A DNA stretch of 64,000 nucleotides from the NCBI GenBank assembly GCA_025360105.1, contig JANYCT010000095.1:12120-76119 (forward strand), given 5' to 3'. The first letter of the stretch is position 1; the number at the start of each line of letters is the position of its first letter. The notes below the pieces were generated by a model. The model saw only the letters and a list, made by a program, of their open reading frames with translations. It was not told where the DNA came from and ran no database searches. Shown piece after piece: positions 29,901 through 38,500 of this stretch. The translations under genes and the position numbers were made by a program. Origin of the DNA: Actinomycetes bacterium. Its GTDB lineage: Bacteria > Actinomycetota > Acidimicrobiia > Acidimicrobiales > Ilumatobacteraceae.

Positions 29901-30122
29901 ACGTTTGTGAAGGGTCTCGGCATTGATGCCGAGGACACCACCATTGTCGAAGCAGTGGTGAATCTCGGTCGGTCACTCGGGCTGATGGTGGTGGCCGAGG
30001 GCGTAGAGACGCCATTGCAACTCACCCGCTTGCGTGAGATGGGATGCGATCGCGCGCAGGGTTATCTGTTCGGGCGTCCCCGCCCGGCGGCGCTGATCGA
30101 GGCCGAACGCGCTGGCGTGTGA
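26988..30122 (+). CDS. Multi-TM PAS-PAS-GGDEF-EAL c-di-GMP signalling protein
   Basis: 1044 aa. About 9 N-terminal TM helices, two PAS regions, GGDEF (RFGGDEF with RDRD I-site 5 aa upstream), EAL domain ([28 protein letters not shown]). Confidence 0.9.
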   Translation: MEQGGAALVGVQLVDGKRDAERNATALNAIAPVPMWRPLLSFDQMFSAVVVRTLVVGILAACFVLNMIEILRAGWNADNWGILGDYSELFMPMLAALLLARRARQNPRRGWAWMSLGAISWAIGQAVWMVIQYGMHEDPTVSVATIGFVGWAVLTTIGLMKLGGRSSALASVSNVIAESLVLAASLGFLLWELVLSPSVTDQSNFNVVMLAIVPLSSSFVISSALLMCLHERPPVIVVVGVAAFVLLTADSFLTVWFADNAAVLTVAHFLYLLTFVLVGVAALLPHRVSRPPVRSSLRRLVIVYLPLSVAIWTGVWRYLVQRHEASIVSIALALAAGFLVALSQVAAWFDSGKLAERLQNNVIRLRQAEKELRTLLDDLPEALVVLSSNGTIRDLNALTLRLTGQSREELIGQSFARMVDETDLARLGVLWRQMLHEEHVDKPTFMLTHVNGSVAIVEADVNTPIHDPECIVVALRDVTQRLAESAELEQAQTRFRLAFQSAPTGMAMSSAGTGRLLDVNETLAEMLGASREFLVGRSVEDITHPDDWNANKVELDRALDGTVASYKLDKRYLRADGQVVWARTSASVMSDPTGNAIVIAHVEDITEQRRTAAHLQWAASHDELTGLPNRAHFLEQLRRRLDGAELGSIAVLFIDLDNFKVVNDSLGHAVGDQLLRAMSERLRSVVRDRDMLGRFGGDEFIVMLDGLQLDVSPADVAERLLRAISQPLTVEESELYVSGSIGIAFSDRVGVTADELLRDADAAMYRAKARGRDCIEVFAPGTHETSVLTLRTSGELRHGLERGEIVPYYQPIVDLATGQLTGFEVLARWRHPDRGLLGPDQFLPMAEETGLIADVGAAILRASLAQLGLWQANVATLANVSIAVNVSVRQLVDARFHDVVAETLAETGVLADSLWLEITETALMSDVKSATIALRNLRSLGLHLSVDDFGTGYSSLTYLKRFPVEAIKVDRTFVKGLGIDAEDTTIVEAVVNLGRSLGLMVVAEGVETPLQLTRLREMGCDRAQGYLFGRPRPAALIEAERAGV

Positions 30123-30137
30123 CGACGGCCCGGTTGC

Positions 30138-30737
30138 TCAGTCACCCAGCTTGCGGGCCCTGATGACCAACACTGCAGGTGTGAGCGCGCCACGTGCGTT
30201 CAGTGGCATCAGCTCGTGCATCATGTCGATGCGGAAATTCGTGCGCTGCATCGCCATGAAGACATCGCTGATCGAACGTGTTGCGCCGCTGCCGTACGCG
30301 TGCTTCACCACCTGCTCGCCGTCGGCGGTTGTGAGCATGCCCGCGATGGGGTGGGGCCCGGCCATCACGAACGGAGCCTCTGGTTTCAAGACGCGATGGA
30401 TTTGCCGCAAGAGTCGTGCCAGATCGTCGACATCCTGCAGCGTGTGTGACGCTACGACGAGATCGATTGACGCACTGGTGGCAAACCCGAGGTCGGCAAC
30501 ATCGCTCTGGTGACACTGCACGGTGACCTCGGCCTGCTCGGCCTGCTTACGCAACAATGCAATGCGGTCTGACGACGGGTCCACAGCCAAGGCGCGTGCA
30601 CCTGCTGCTGCGAGCGCGACGGCGTTGCTGGGGGCGGCGATGCCCAACTCGATGACGCGCTTGCCCGCGACGTCGCCACACAGCCGCAGCTCGCCTTCGT
30701 CGGCAACCGATGCTCCATACCGTACGACTGTTGTCAC
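30138..30737 (-). CDS. Class I SAM-dependent methyltransferase
   Basis: ORF 30138-31205 trimmed to GTG 30737. The longer version overlaps the convergently read DUF5318-like gene. SAM motif VIELGIAAPSNAVALAAAGA...VDPS. Confidence 0.72.
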   Translation of the reverse strand: MTTVVRYGASVADEGELRLCGDVAGKRVIELGIAAPSNAVALAAAGARALAVDPSSDRIALLRKQAEQAEVTVQCHQSDVADLGFATSASIDLVVASHTLQDVDDLARLLRQIHRVLKPEAPFVMAGPHPIAGMLTTADGEQVVKHAYGSGATRSISDVFMAMQRTNFRIDMMHELMPLNARGALTPAVLVIRARKLGD

Positions 30738-30824
30738 ATTGCAAGTGTTGTCCGTTCGCAACGCCGAGACGCGGATGACCACCGCACACTGATGACGGTG
30801 TGTGGTTCGGTAACCTGTCGCACA

Positions 30825-31265
30825 ATGTCCTTCTCGCCCGACGCACTCCGCAATGGTGGTGATCGTAAGGGTGCGCGCAACGGCCCTCGCGCGGTGGTGG
30901 ACCACCGACTCGAGCGACGTGCGCTTATCAACGAGTATCGCCGCGGTCGGCTTCGACGCGATCAGTTGTGCGATGCGCATCCGGAGTTGATTCGTGCGGC
31001 CAAGAACCTGGGAGCACCCAGTACCGTCACGTGCCCAATCTGCGAAGAGGTCAAGCTCGTTCTGGTCACCTATGTGTTCGGTCCGCGTCTGCCGGCTCAT
31101 GGTCGCTGTGTGGCCACCAAGGCCGACCTTGCACAGTTCAACGGGCGCACCGACGAGCTCGATGCCTATGTCGTGGAGGCCTGCGTCAACTGTCGCTGGC
31201 ACCATCTACTTCGGGTGCTCCCCATCGGCGGCAGGCGTGTGACTGCAGCCCAGACCTCGCCATGA
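30825..31265 (+). CDS. Conserved actinobacterial Cys-rich protein (DUF5318-like)
   Basis: ORF 30792-31265. ...RRALINEYRRGRL...CDAHPELIRAAKNLG...CPICEE...VTYVFGPRLP...CVNCRWHHL. Start is ATG 30825 or earlier. The family name is from memory. Confidence 0.55.
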   Translation: MSFSPDALRNGGDRKGARNGPRAVVDHRLERRALINEYRRGRLRRDQLCDAHPELIRAAKNLGAPSTVTCPICEEVKLVLVTYVFGPRLPAHGRCVATKADLAQFNGRTDELDAYVVEACVNCRWHHLLRVLPIGGRRVTAAQTSP

Positions 31266-31305
31266 ATCACCCAGGATGACGCAAGCAGGATGAGCGGATG
31301 AGCGT

Positions 31306-31629
31306 GTGAGTTGTCTCTTCGTCTACGGAACACTGCTCCCGGGCGAGACTCGTTGGCACTTCCTCGAAGCGTTCGTCGTCGGTGACGGGCGCGCCGACTC
31401 GCTGCTGGGCCAACTCTTCGACACGGGCCTTGGGTATCCGGCGGCACGCGTGACGGGTGTTGATCACGCTGTTGACCCATTGTCCCGTCCGATCACTGGT
31501 GAGGGCATTCGTGCGTGGGTGTATGAGTATGGAGCCGATCCCAGCGACGACATCGAGTTGACGCGCATCGTCAGTGGCGATTGGTCGTCGCGCACTCTTG
31601 CGTCACAACCGGAGGGTGATCCGTGTTGA
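31306..31629 (+). CDS. Short gamma-glutamylcyclotransferase (AIG2/GGACT)-like protein
   Basis: 107 aa. N-terminal FVYGTLLPGE...LGQLFDTGLGYPAA and C-terminal AWVYEY match the family ends. The middle appears shortened. Confidence 0.5.
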   Translation: MSCLFVYGTLLPGETRWHFLEAFVVGDGRADSLLGQLFDTGLGYPAARVTGVDHAVDPLSRPITGEGIRAWVYEYGADPSDDIELTRIVSGDWSSRTLASQPEGDPC

Positions 31630-34600
31630 CAACCACAACCGACGTGCCAGAAGTGGCTGACGTGCAACATCTGTTGTTGCCGTACGTGTCGGATCTGCTC
31701 CTGCATTGGCCGCAGGATCGTGCGTGGCAGCAGCTCGAGGGCACGCTCGTCTCGGCCGATATCTCAGGTTTCACCGCGCTGTCCGAGCGGCTCGCTTCGC
31801 GTGGCCGTGAGGGCGCCGAAGAGTTGACCGCGCTCATCAACGACTGCTTCGAGGGCATGATTGAGAACTGTCATCGCAATGGTGGCGACATCGTGAAGTT
31901 TGGTGGTGATGCGCTCCTCGTGTGGTTCATGGGCGACTCCCACGCCCGCCGCGCGTGTCGCGCTGCCGTGGCCATGCGTCGCACGCTTCGTAACGAGCGG
32001 CGCACGTCGGATGGCAAGCTCGTGAAGCTCAAGGTGTCGATCGGTGCGCACAGCGATCTGCATACGTTTTTCATGGTCCGCAGCGGCCATTGCGAGCTCG
32101 TGGTCACCGGACCCGGCGTGACCCACACCGTCGATTGCGAGTCCGCGGCGTCGGCCGGCGAGATTCTGATCACGCATCAAACGGCAAAACTCCTGCCGGC
32201 GTCGTGGCTCGGCGAGGTGCGCCCAGAGGGCGTGATCGTTCGCCATGTGACTGCGGCCAAAGAGCGGTCGTCCTCCGACGCAACATCGACATCGACATCG
32301 ACATCGAGATCGAACGTGTCGCTTGCGTCGCCAACTCCTTCGGCCGCGGCGTTTATCCCCCCCGAGCAGCAGGCGCAGATCGTTGCCGGAGCCGTCAACG
32401 AACATCGACAGGTGGCAATCAGCTTTGTCGAGTTCTCGGGAACCGATGCCCTGATCGCTGAAGGCCAGATCGACACCCTCAGTGATCGACTTCAAACCTT
32501 CACCGATTCGGTTGCGGCCGCGTGCAGCCACTATGGGGCGTACTGGCTGGCTACCGACGTTTATCACGACGGTGGCAAGTTCATCCTCACGGCCGGTGTG
32601 CCGTTGTCGCTGGGTCAGGTCGAAGAGCGCATGTTGCGTGCGGTCCGTGACATCATCGATGCCGACCCGGGCATCAACCTGCGCGCCGGTATCAATCGCG
32701 GTTACGTGTTTGCCGGTGACCTGGGTTCAGATCGGCGTCGTACGTACACCACAATGGGCGACGCAGTGAACCTGTCGGCGCGGTTGATGTCGAAGGCAAC
32801 CTCGGGTGAGATCATTGTCAGTCGTCCCACGATGGAGTGGGCGTCGTCCCGCTTCGAGTACGCACCGCTCGAGCCGTTCTTCGTGAAGGGCAAGAGCGTG
32901 CCGATCTATGCGGGCCAACTCGGCCGCTGGCTCGGTCGCCAATCCGAACTCGATGGTGTCGATGTCGAGCTGTGTGGTCGTACCGACGAGCTCGCTCGGA
33001 TGCTCGCACTCGCCGACGGTGCAGCGCTGGGCCAGAGCTCGGTGGTGATGGTCACGGGCGAGCCGGGCATCGGCAAGAGCCGGCTTGCGGTCGAGGTGGC
33101 ACGCCAGCGACCCGACTTTGCGGTTGCCATCGCACGCTGTCAACCGTTCGACCGATTGTCCGCGTACTCCGTGACCGAACCTCTCATTCGCGCCATGCTC
33201 GGCATCGGCGCGGATGCAACGTCGACCGAAGCCGGCACCATGTTGGTCGAGTGGTTGATGAATCACGCTCCGACTCTGGTGCCCTTTGCCCCGTTGCTGG
33301 CCCTGACGGTCGGTGCCGATGTGGCATCCACCCGCGAAGCCGACGCGGTGATTCCCGAGTTCCGCCGCCTCCGTACGCTGCAATTGTTGGTCGAGATCGT
33401 GAACGCTTCGATCTCAGCGCCCACGATCGTGTTCATCGACGACATCAACCATGCCGACGACGCCACTCGGGAATTGGTCGAAGCGCTCGTATCGGGCGCC
33501 GGTCGGATCCCGTTGTTCATCATCGCGACGTCGGTGCCTGACGACACGCTCGCAGGCGAGCGCATCACGCTCGGTGGCCTCAACGAGCGCGAGGTGTCGT
33601 TGATGATCGACTCGCTCCTCGGTGATCGCGCGATCAGCGCAGCGACGGTCCGCAACCTCGTGCAACGATCCGATGGGAATCCCCTGTTCGTCACCGAACT
33701 GCTGAAGGTTTTGAGCGAGGATCCGCACGCAGCGATGCCATCGTCGTTGGAATCGCTGGTCGAGTCGCGTATCGACACGCTCGAGCCGGCCGATCGGCAA
33801 CTGCTTCGGTTCGCATCGGTACTCGGCAACGTTGTCGACATTCGCCTCCTTGCGCAGATGAGCGACGAATCGCTCGTGAGCCGGCAAGACCGTTGGGACC
33901 GGCTCGACCGTTTCCTCGAACGCGTTGGTCCAGGGGTGGTTCGTTTCCGTTACGACACCTTTCAGCGAGTTGTCTACGAGGGCCTGTCGTTCCGGGCGCG
34001 TCGTGGGGCGCACAGTCGGGTTGTCGAGCTCTTGGAAGGCTCACCCGACGAGGACGAGCGAGAACAGCTCGCGTTGCTTGCTTTCCACGCACATCGTGCC
34101 GGTGACGAATCGCGAACGTGGACATACAGCTGTGCGGCGGCAGCGGCAGCGGCAGAGGACGCGATGTTCGGCGAGGCGGCGCGTTTGTATGCGCTCGCGC
34201 TCGCGACGCATCGCCACGGTGCCACCGACGACGAGCTACGGGTCATCGCCGAGCGGGCAGGCGACGTGTACGAATCGGCTGGTCAGTTCGATAAGGCCGA
34301 GCATGCGCTGGGGCTGTCGTTACGTCACGCCACCGAGGGTCTCGATCAGGCACGCCTGTGGCGCAAGCGGGCCGAGGTGGCCGAGCGAACCGGCGACTAC
34401 GCCCGCGTGCAGCGACTGCTGGCACGCGCTGCCAAGGCACTGGCCGGTGTCCCATGGACCCAGGCAATCGGGGAGCATGCGCGTTGGGAGACCGCACAGA
34501 GCGCCTTTGCCCTTCGCCAATCACGACTCGAGGATGCGTGGAAGTACGCGACAGGGGCGTTTGCCTCGGCACAGCTCATCGAGGACTGGAAGACAGCGGC

Positions 34601-35435
34601 GCACGCTGCGCTCATGCTCGACAACATGGTCACCACGCTGCGCTGGGAGGGCACCATCGTGCAACGTCCCGATGTCGTGCAGCTCTATCAGCGCGCAAAG
34701 GATCCGATCGGTGAGGCGAAGTACCTCAGCAACCGCGCCGTCGATCACTACTTTGACGGCGAATGGCACAACGCGATCCGACTGCATCGCGAGTCATCCG
34801 AGCGATCGGCCGAATATGGCCACGTCGTGTCCGAGGCAACGGGCCTCAACAACATCGCCGAGATCCTCAGTGATCAGGGCCACTATGACGAAGCTCGCCA
34901 GATGCTGCGCGAGGCAAGTCGCACATGGCGATCCACCGGTTACGGAATCGGTATTGCGTTGGCCGAGGCAAATCTGGGTCGCCTCGCGACGCGCACCGGT
35001 CAGTACGAGGAGGCGCAGGCCATGCTCGAAGCGTCAGCACAACGGTTCGCAGAACTGGGTGCTGGCGGCTTTGTGGTGGAGGTTGCGCTGCGAATTGTCG
35101 ACAATGCCTTGCTGGCCGGTCGAACAGTGACCGAGGACATGTGGCCATCATCTGAAGAACTCGATCAGGACCCGACGTTGCAGGTGTACGCCAACCGATT
35201 GCGCGCGCTCCACGCCTTTGGGAGAGCAAGCAATGGAGCCGTCGCGCTCATCGATACGAGCATTGCGACCGCACGTTCGGCCGGGTTGCCCTTCGAGCTT
35301 GCCCTGTCGCTGCTCGCCCGGTCACGCATCGTGGTCGACGACGATGCGGCCCGCGAGGCGGCGACGTTGCTCGCCAGCCTCGATGTGGTGAACCCACCAC
35401 CATTCGCGGTTGTATCAAGTTCAGGTGAAATGTAG
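31623..35435 (+). CDS. Tandem class III nucleotidyl cyclase - AAA/STAND NTPase - TPR signalling protein
   Basis: 1270 aa. Cyclase domains at about aa 36-195 and 258-405, Walker A GEPGIGKS, Walker B IVFIDDINHADD, long helical/TPR C-terminus. No HTH at the C-terminus. Confidence 0.9.
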   Translation: MLTTTTDVPEVADVQHLLLPYVSDLLLHWPQDRAWQQLEGTLVSADISGFTALSERLASRGREGAEELTALINDCFEGMIENCHRNGGDIVKFGGDALLVWFMGDSHARRACRAAVAMRRTLRNERRTSDGKLVKLKVSIGAHSDLHTFFMVRSGHCELVVTGPGVTHTVDCESAASAGEILITHQTAKLLPASWLGEVRPEGVIVRHVTAAKERSSSDATSTSTSTSRSNVSLASPTPSAAAFIPPEQQAQIVAGAVNEHRQVAISFVEFSGTDALIAEGQIDTLSDRLQTFTDSVAAACSHYGAYWLATDVYHDGGKFILTAGVPLSLGQVEERMLRAVRDIIDADPGINLRAGINRGYVFAGDLGSDRRRTYTTMGDAVNLSARLMSKATSGEIIVSRPTMEWASSRFEYAPLEPFFVKGKSVPIYAGQLGRWLGRQSELDGVDVELCGRTDELARMLALADGAALGQSSVVMVTGEPGIGKSRLAVEVARQRPDFAVAIARCQPFDRLSAYSVTEPLIRAMLGIGADATSTEAGTMLVEWLMNHAPTLVPFAPLLALTVGADVASTREADAVIPEFRRLRTLQLLVEIVNASISAPTIVFIDDINHADDATRELVEALVSGAGRIPLFIIATSVPDDTLAGERITLGGLNEREVSLMIDSLLGDRAISAATVRNLVQRSDGNPLFVTELLKVLSEDPHAAMPSSLESLVESRIDTLEPADRQLLRFASVLGNVVDIRLLAQMSDESLVSRQDRWDRLDRFLERVGPGVVRFRYDTFQRVVYEGLSFRARRGAHSRVVELLEGSPDEDEREQLALLAFHAHRAGDESRTWTYSCAAAAAAAEDAMFGEAARLYALALATHRHGATDDELRVIAERAGDVYESAGQFDKAEHALGLSLRHATEGLDQARLWRKRAEVAERTGDYARVQRLLARAAKALAGVPWTQAIGEHARWETAQSAFALRQSRLEDAWKYATGAFASAQLIEDWKTAAHAALMLDNMVTTLRWEGTIVQRPDVVQLYQRAKDPIGEAKYLSNRAVDHYFDGEWHNAIRLHRESSERSAEYGHVVSEATGLNNIAEILSDQGHYDEARQMLREASRTWRSTGYGIGIALAEANLGRLATRTGQYEEAQAMLEASAQRFAELGAGGFVVEVALRIVDNALLAGRTVTEDMWPSSEELDQDPTLQVYANRLRALHAFGRASNGAVALIDTSIATARSAGLPFELALSLLARSRIVVDDDAAREAATLLASLDVVNPPPFAVVSSSGEM
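32283..32312 (+). repeat. Hexanucleotide microsatellite (ACATCG)x4 plus one imperfect unit
   Basis: Read directly at 32283-32306 (perfect) and 32307-32312 (AGATCG). Encodes TSTSTSTSRS in the linker between the two cyclase domains. Confidence 0.9.
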
Positions 35436-35542
35436 CCAGCACCCTGTTCAGACAGTGACAAGCGGAACTACTCTGCGTGCACTGCTGTTTAATCGGAACG
35501 GCGGGGGGATCTGGTCTGCAGCCAGAGGGAATCGGGTGTGTC

Positions 35543-38500
35543 GTGAGTCGTTCCGCATTTCGGAAGACGTGTGTATCTGTCGTCGCCATGTCGCTGTTGG
35601 GCGGCGTGCTCGTTGTGGGCGTGTCACCAGTTGTGCCCGCGCGCGCACTGGATCCGAACTATGTGATCGACTCCACCATCGATGCTCCCGATGCCGCACC
35701 CGGCGATGGCGTGTGCGCCAGCGCGAGCAATGGCTGCACCCTGCGGGCAGCGTTACAGCAGGCAGTTGCGGCCGGAGTGGACGCAACGATTACCGTGGAT
35801 TCGACTTTGTTGGCGACGGTACCCACCTTCGCTCTCGCAAGCGAGCTCATGGTTGCGGTGCCTGCAGGCACGACCATCACGCTGCAAGGCTCATCAACGA
35901 TCGTCGGGCGCCCCATCATCTCTGGTGGCGGCACACACCGGGTGTTCAATGTTGAAGGCCCCGGCGCGTTCCACATCGTTGGCTTTGAGATCACCGATGG
36001 CCAGGGTGCCATCATCGGGGCCGCCGGCACACCTCGTATTGATCCGACGACATCGACCGTGTACGAGCCCCAATCCGGCGGCTATCCCACCGATTCGGCT
36101 TGTGGACCCTCCAGCGCGCTGACCGGTATCTCGGTGCGGGTGAGCCTCGGCACCGGGTGGCCTTCGGCGTTTCGCCCGACGTGCACCGACGTGGTGATCG
36201 CCGGCAGTAGCTACACGCTCGGTGGCAGTCACCTCGGACCCTGGTTCCCCGATCGGCCCGCGGACGCCTTCGCCCTTCCGTCGACACCGGGCATTGCCGA
36301 CCAGCAGTGCCCGTCCGGCTCGGTGGCAACGGGTTTTGCGGGCCGATCGGGTTCGGCCGTCGACCGTGTCAAGTTGCGCTGCGCACCATTGCTGACCGAC
36401 GGAACCTTGGGGGCAGGAACCTATATCGGTGAGGTCGGCGACGATTTCATCGGCGACCCAAGCGGGCCGTCTCTAGAACGTGGTGGCAGCCCGTTCCCGC
36501 TGCATTCCTGTCCCGTCGGTGCCTTCGCGTCGGGGTTCACGGGTTTCTACGGCCTGAACTACAACTACGTGTACTCCCCCTACTATCCGGGCTATACCTA
36601 CACGGCGGAATCGTATATCCAGGGACTCGCGCTGACCTGCGCCAATTCCACCGATGCTCCCTCCATCACGCCGGGTAACGGTGGCGGCATTTTGGCCACT
36701 GGCGATCTCACACTCGACAAGGTGGCTGTGACCAACAACGCAACGGCGTCGGGCAACGGCGGTGGCGTGTATTCCAGCGCTGCACTCACCATCGTCAACA
36801 GCACCGTTTCCGGCAACGCAGCGGCCGGTGCAGGTGGCGGCGTCTATGCCGTTGGGTCGCTGTCGATCAACGATTCGACCATTCGTGACAACTCTGCCCA
36901 GGCCGCACCCATCGGGGGGGATTCACCCAAGGGTGGCGGCGTGTACATGGCGAATGAGAACTTCGACGTGGCCATGGCGGACACGGTCGTGTCGGGGAAC
37001 ACTGCGGCGTCCGACGGCGGTGGCCTGTCCATGGACGCGGCAGGTTTCACGATGGAGCGCTCTGCGATCACCTCGAACTCCGCGCCGAATGGAGAGGGCG
37101 GCGGTCTGTTCATGCCCTTCTTCGCGTCGACGGCTGCGTGCGGTGGTGAGTGTTCGGGATCGCTCGTCATGCGCAACGTCACCGTCGCTGGCAACGGTGC
37201 GCAGGGCGCCAGCGGATTGAAGATCAGTAACTTGAATCCTGTCGATGCCGCACTCACGAACGTGACTGTCACGAACAACGACAGCGTCGGTGGCTCAGCG
37301 GGGTTGAGCCTGAGCTATTGGGGGCACAAATCAATCGAAGACTCGATCGTGTCCGGCAATACCACTCCGTCGGAGAACAACGACTGCGACTATTTCTACT
37401 ATTACGGCAACGGCACGCCCAGTGTGATCTCCTCTGGCAACTGTTATGCGCAGGACCCCTCACCACAACTGAACGCCGATCCCGGGCTGAAGGCGTTGGG
37501 CAACTACGGCGGGCGCGTCAATGGTGCGGGCGACGTGATCCCCGTGACCCCGATCCCCGGCGACTCGAACGCAGCGGGCGCAGGTACGTGCCCAATGTCG
37601 GTTGACGCCCGTTCGCTTCCCCGGCCGGTTGCTTCGTGCGATCTCGGCGCCTTCGAGCTCACCCTCGCAGCCGGTGATGTCACCAATGTGCCGAATCTCG
37701 GCCAGCCGGTGATCCTGCCGTCGCTGAGGAGCGGTGCCAGTTCGGTGCCCATCACCGATATTCCTGCGTCGGCATTCCTTCCTGCCACCGGTAACGGCAG
37801 CGCAGATGCCACTGCTGGTGCCTCCACCGCACAGATTCGTGGTATCGCCCTCGGCGACACGGGGCTTTCGGCCGTGCAGTTGCGCCAGGTTTCATTGGGC
37901 GCCATTCCACTCGACTCAAAGGTGCTCGACTCGATCGCGCTCTCGCAGCTTCCGCTCACGTACTCCAGCTCCAGTGGCAACGGAACCGGCTGGCACGCCT
38001 ACCTTCTCGACGTCAACCTCACCGAACTGGCCGCACAGCCGCTCAACACCGTGTCGTTCGGCGAGGTGCTCGCAGCCACCAAGGATCTTGCGGTCGCGCA
38101 GCAGTTGAGCCTCGACCAGGTCGACTTCTCTGCGACCCCGCTGGGCTCGCTGCCTGTGGGCGCAATCGCCCTCGGCGCGGTGCCACTGTCAGCGCTTGTC
38201 TCGACTGATGGCTCACCGGTGGACTGGTGCGCCATCGTCGCCAAGTACTCCACCGCATCATGTGGTCCCGGCCAAGAGATCGATCCGACCACCGCCAGCC
38301 TTGTTTCCATCTCACTGCAGGGCGTTCCGTTGCGTCAGGTGCCGCTCAGCGCGATGCAGCTGCGCCAAGTAGATCTCACCCCGGCTCAGTTGCGTCAGGT
38401 ACCGCTGTACGGCGTTCCGTTGCGTCAGGTCGATATGGCCGCGACACAGTTGCGTCAGGTGCAGCTCCGTCAGGTGCAGCTCCGCCAAGTGCAGCTCCGC

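Noticed and set aside
33925-35130. 401-aa plus-strand ORF in an alternative frame of the cyclase-STAND gene.
   Set aside because: It overlaps a 1270-aa ORF with coherent domain structure. The Arg/Ser/Pro-rich translation is typical of an off-frame read.
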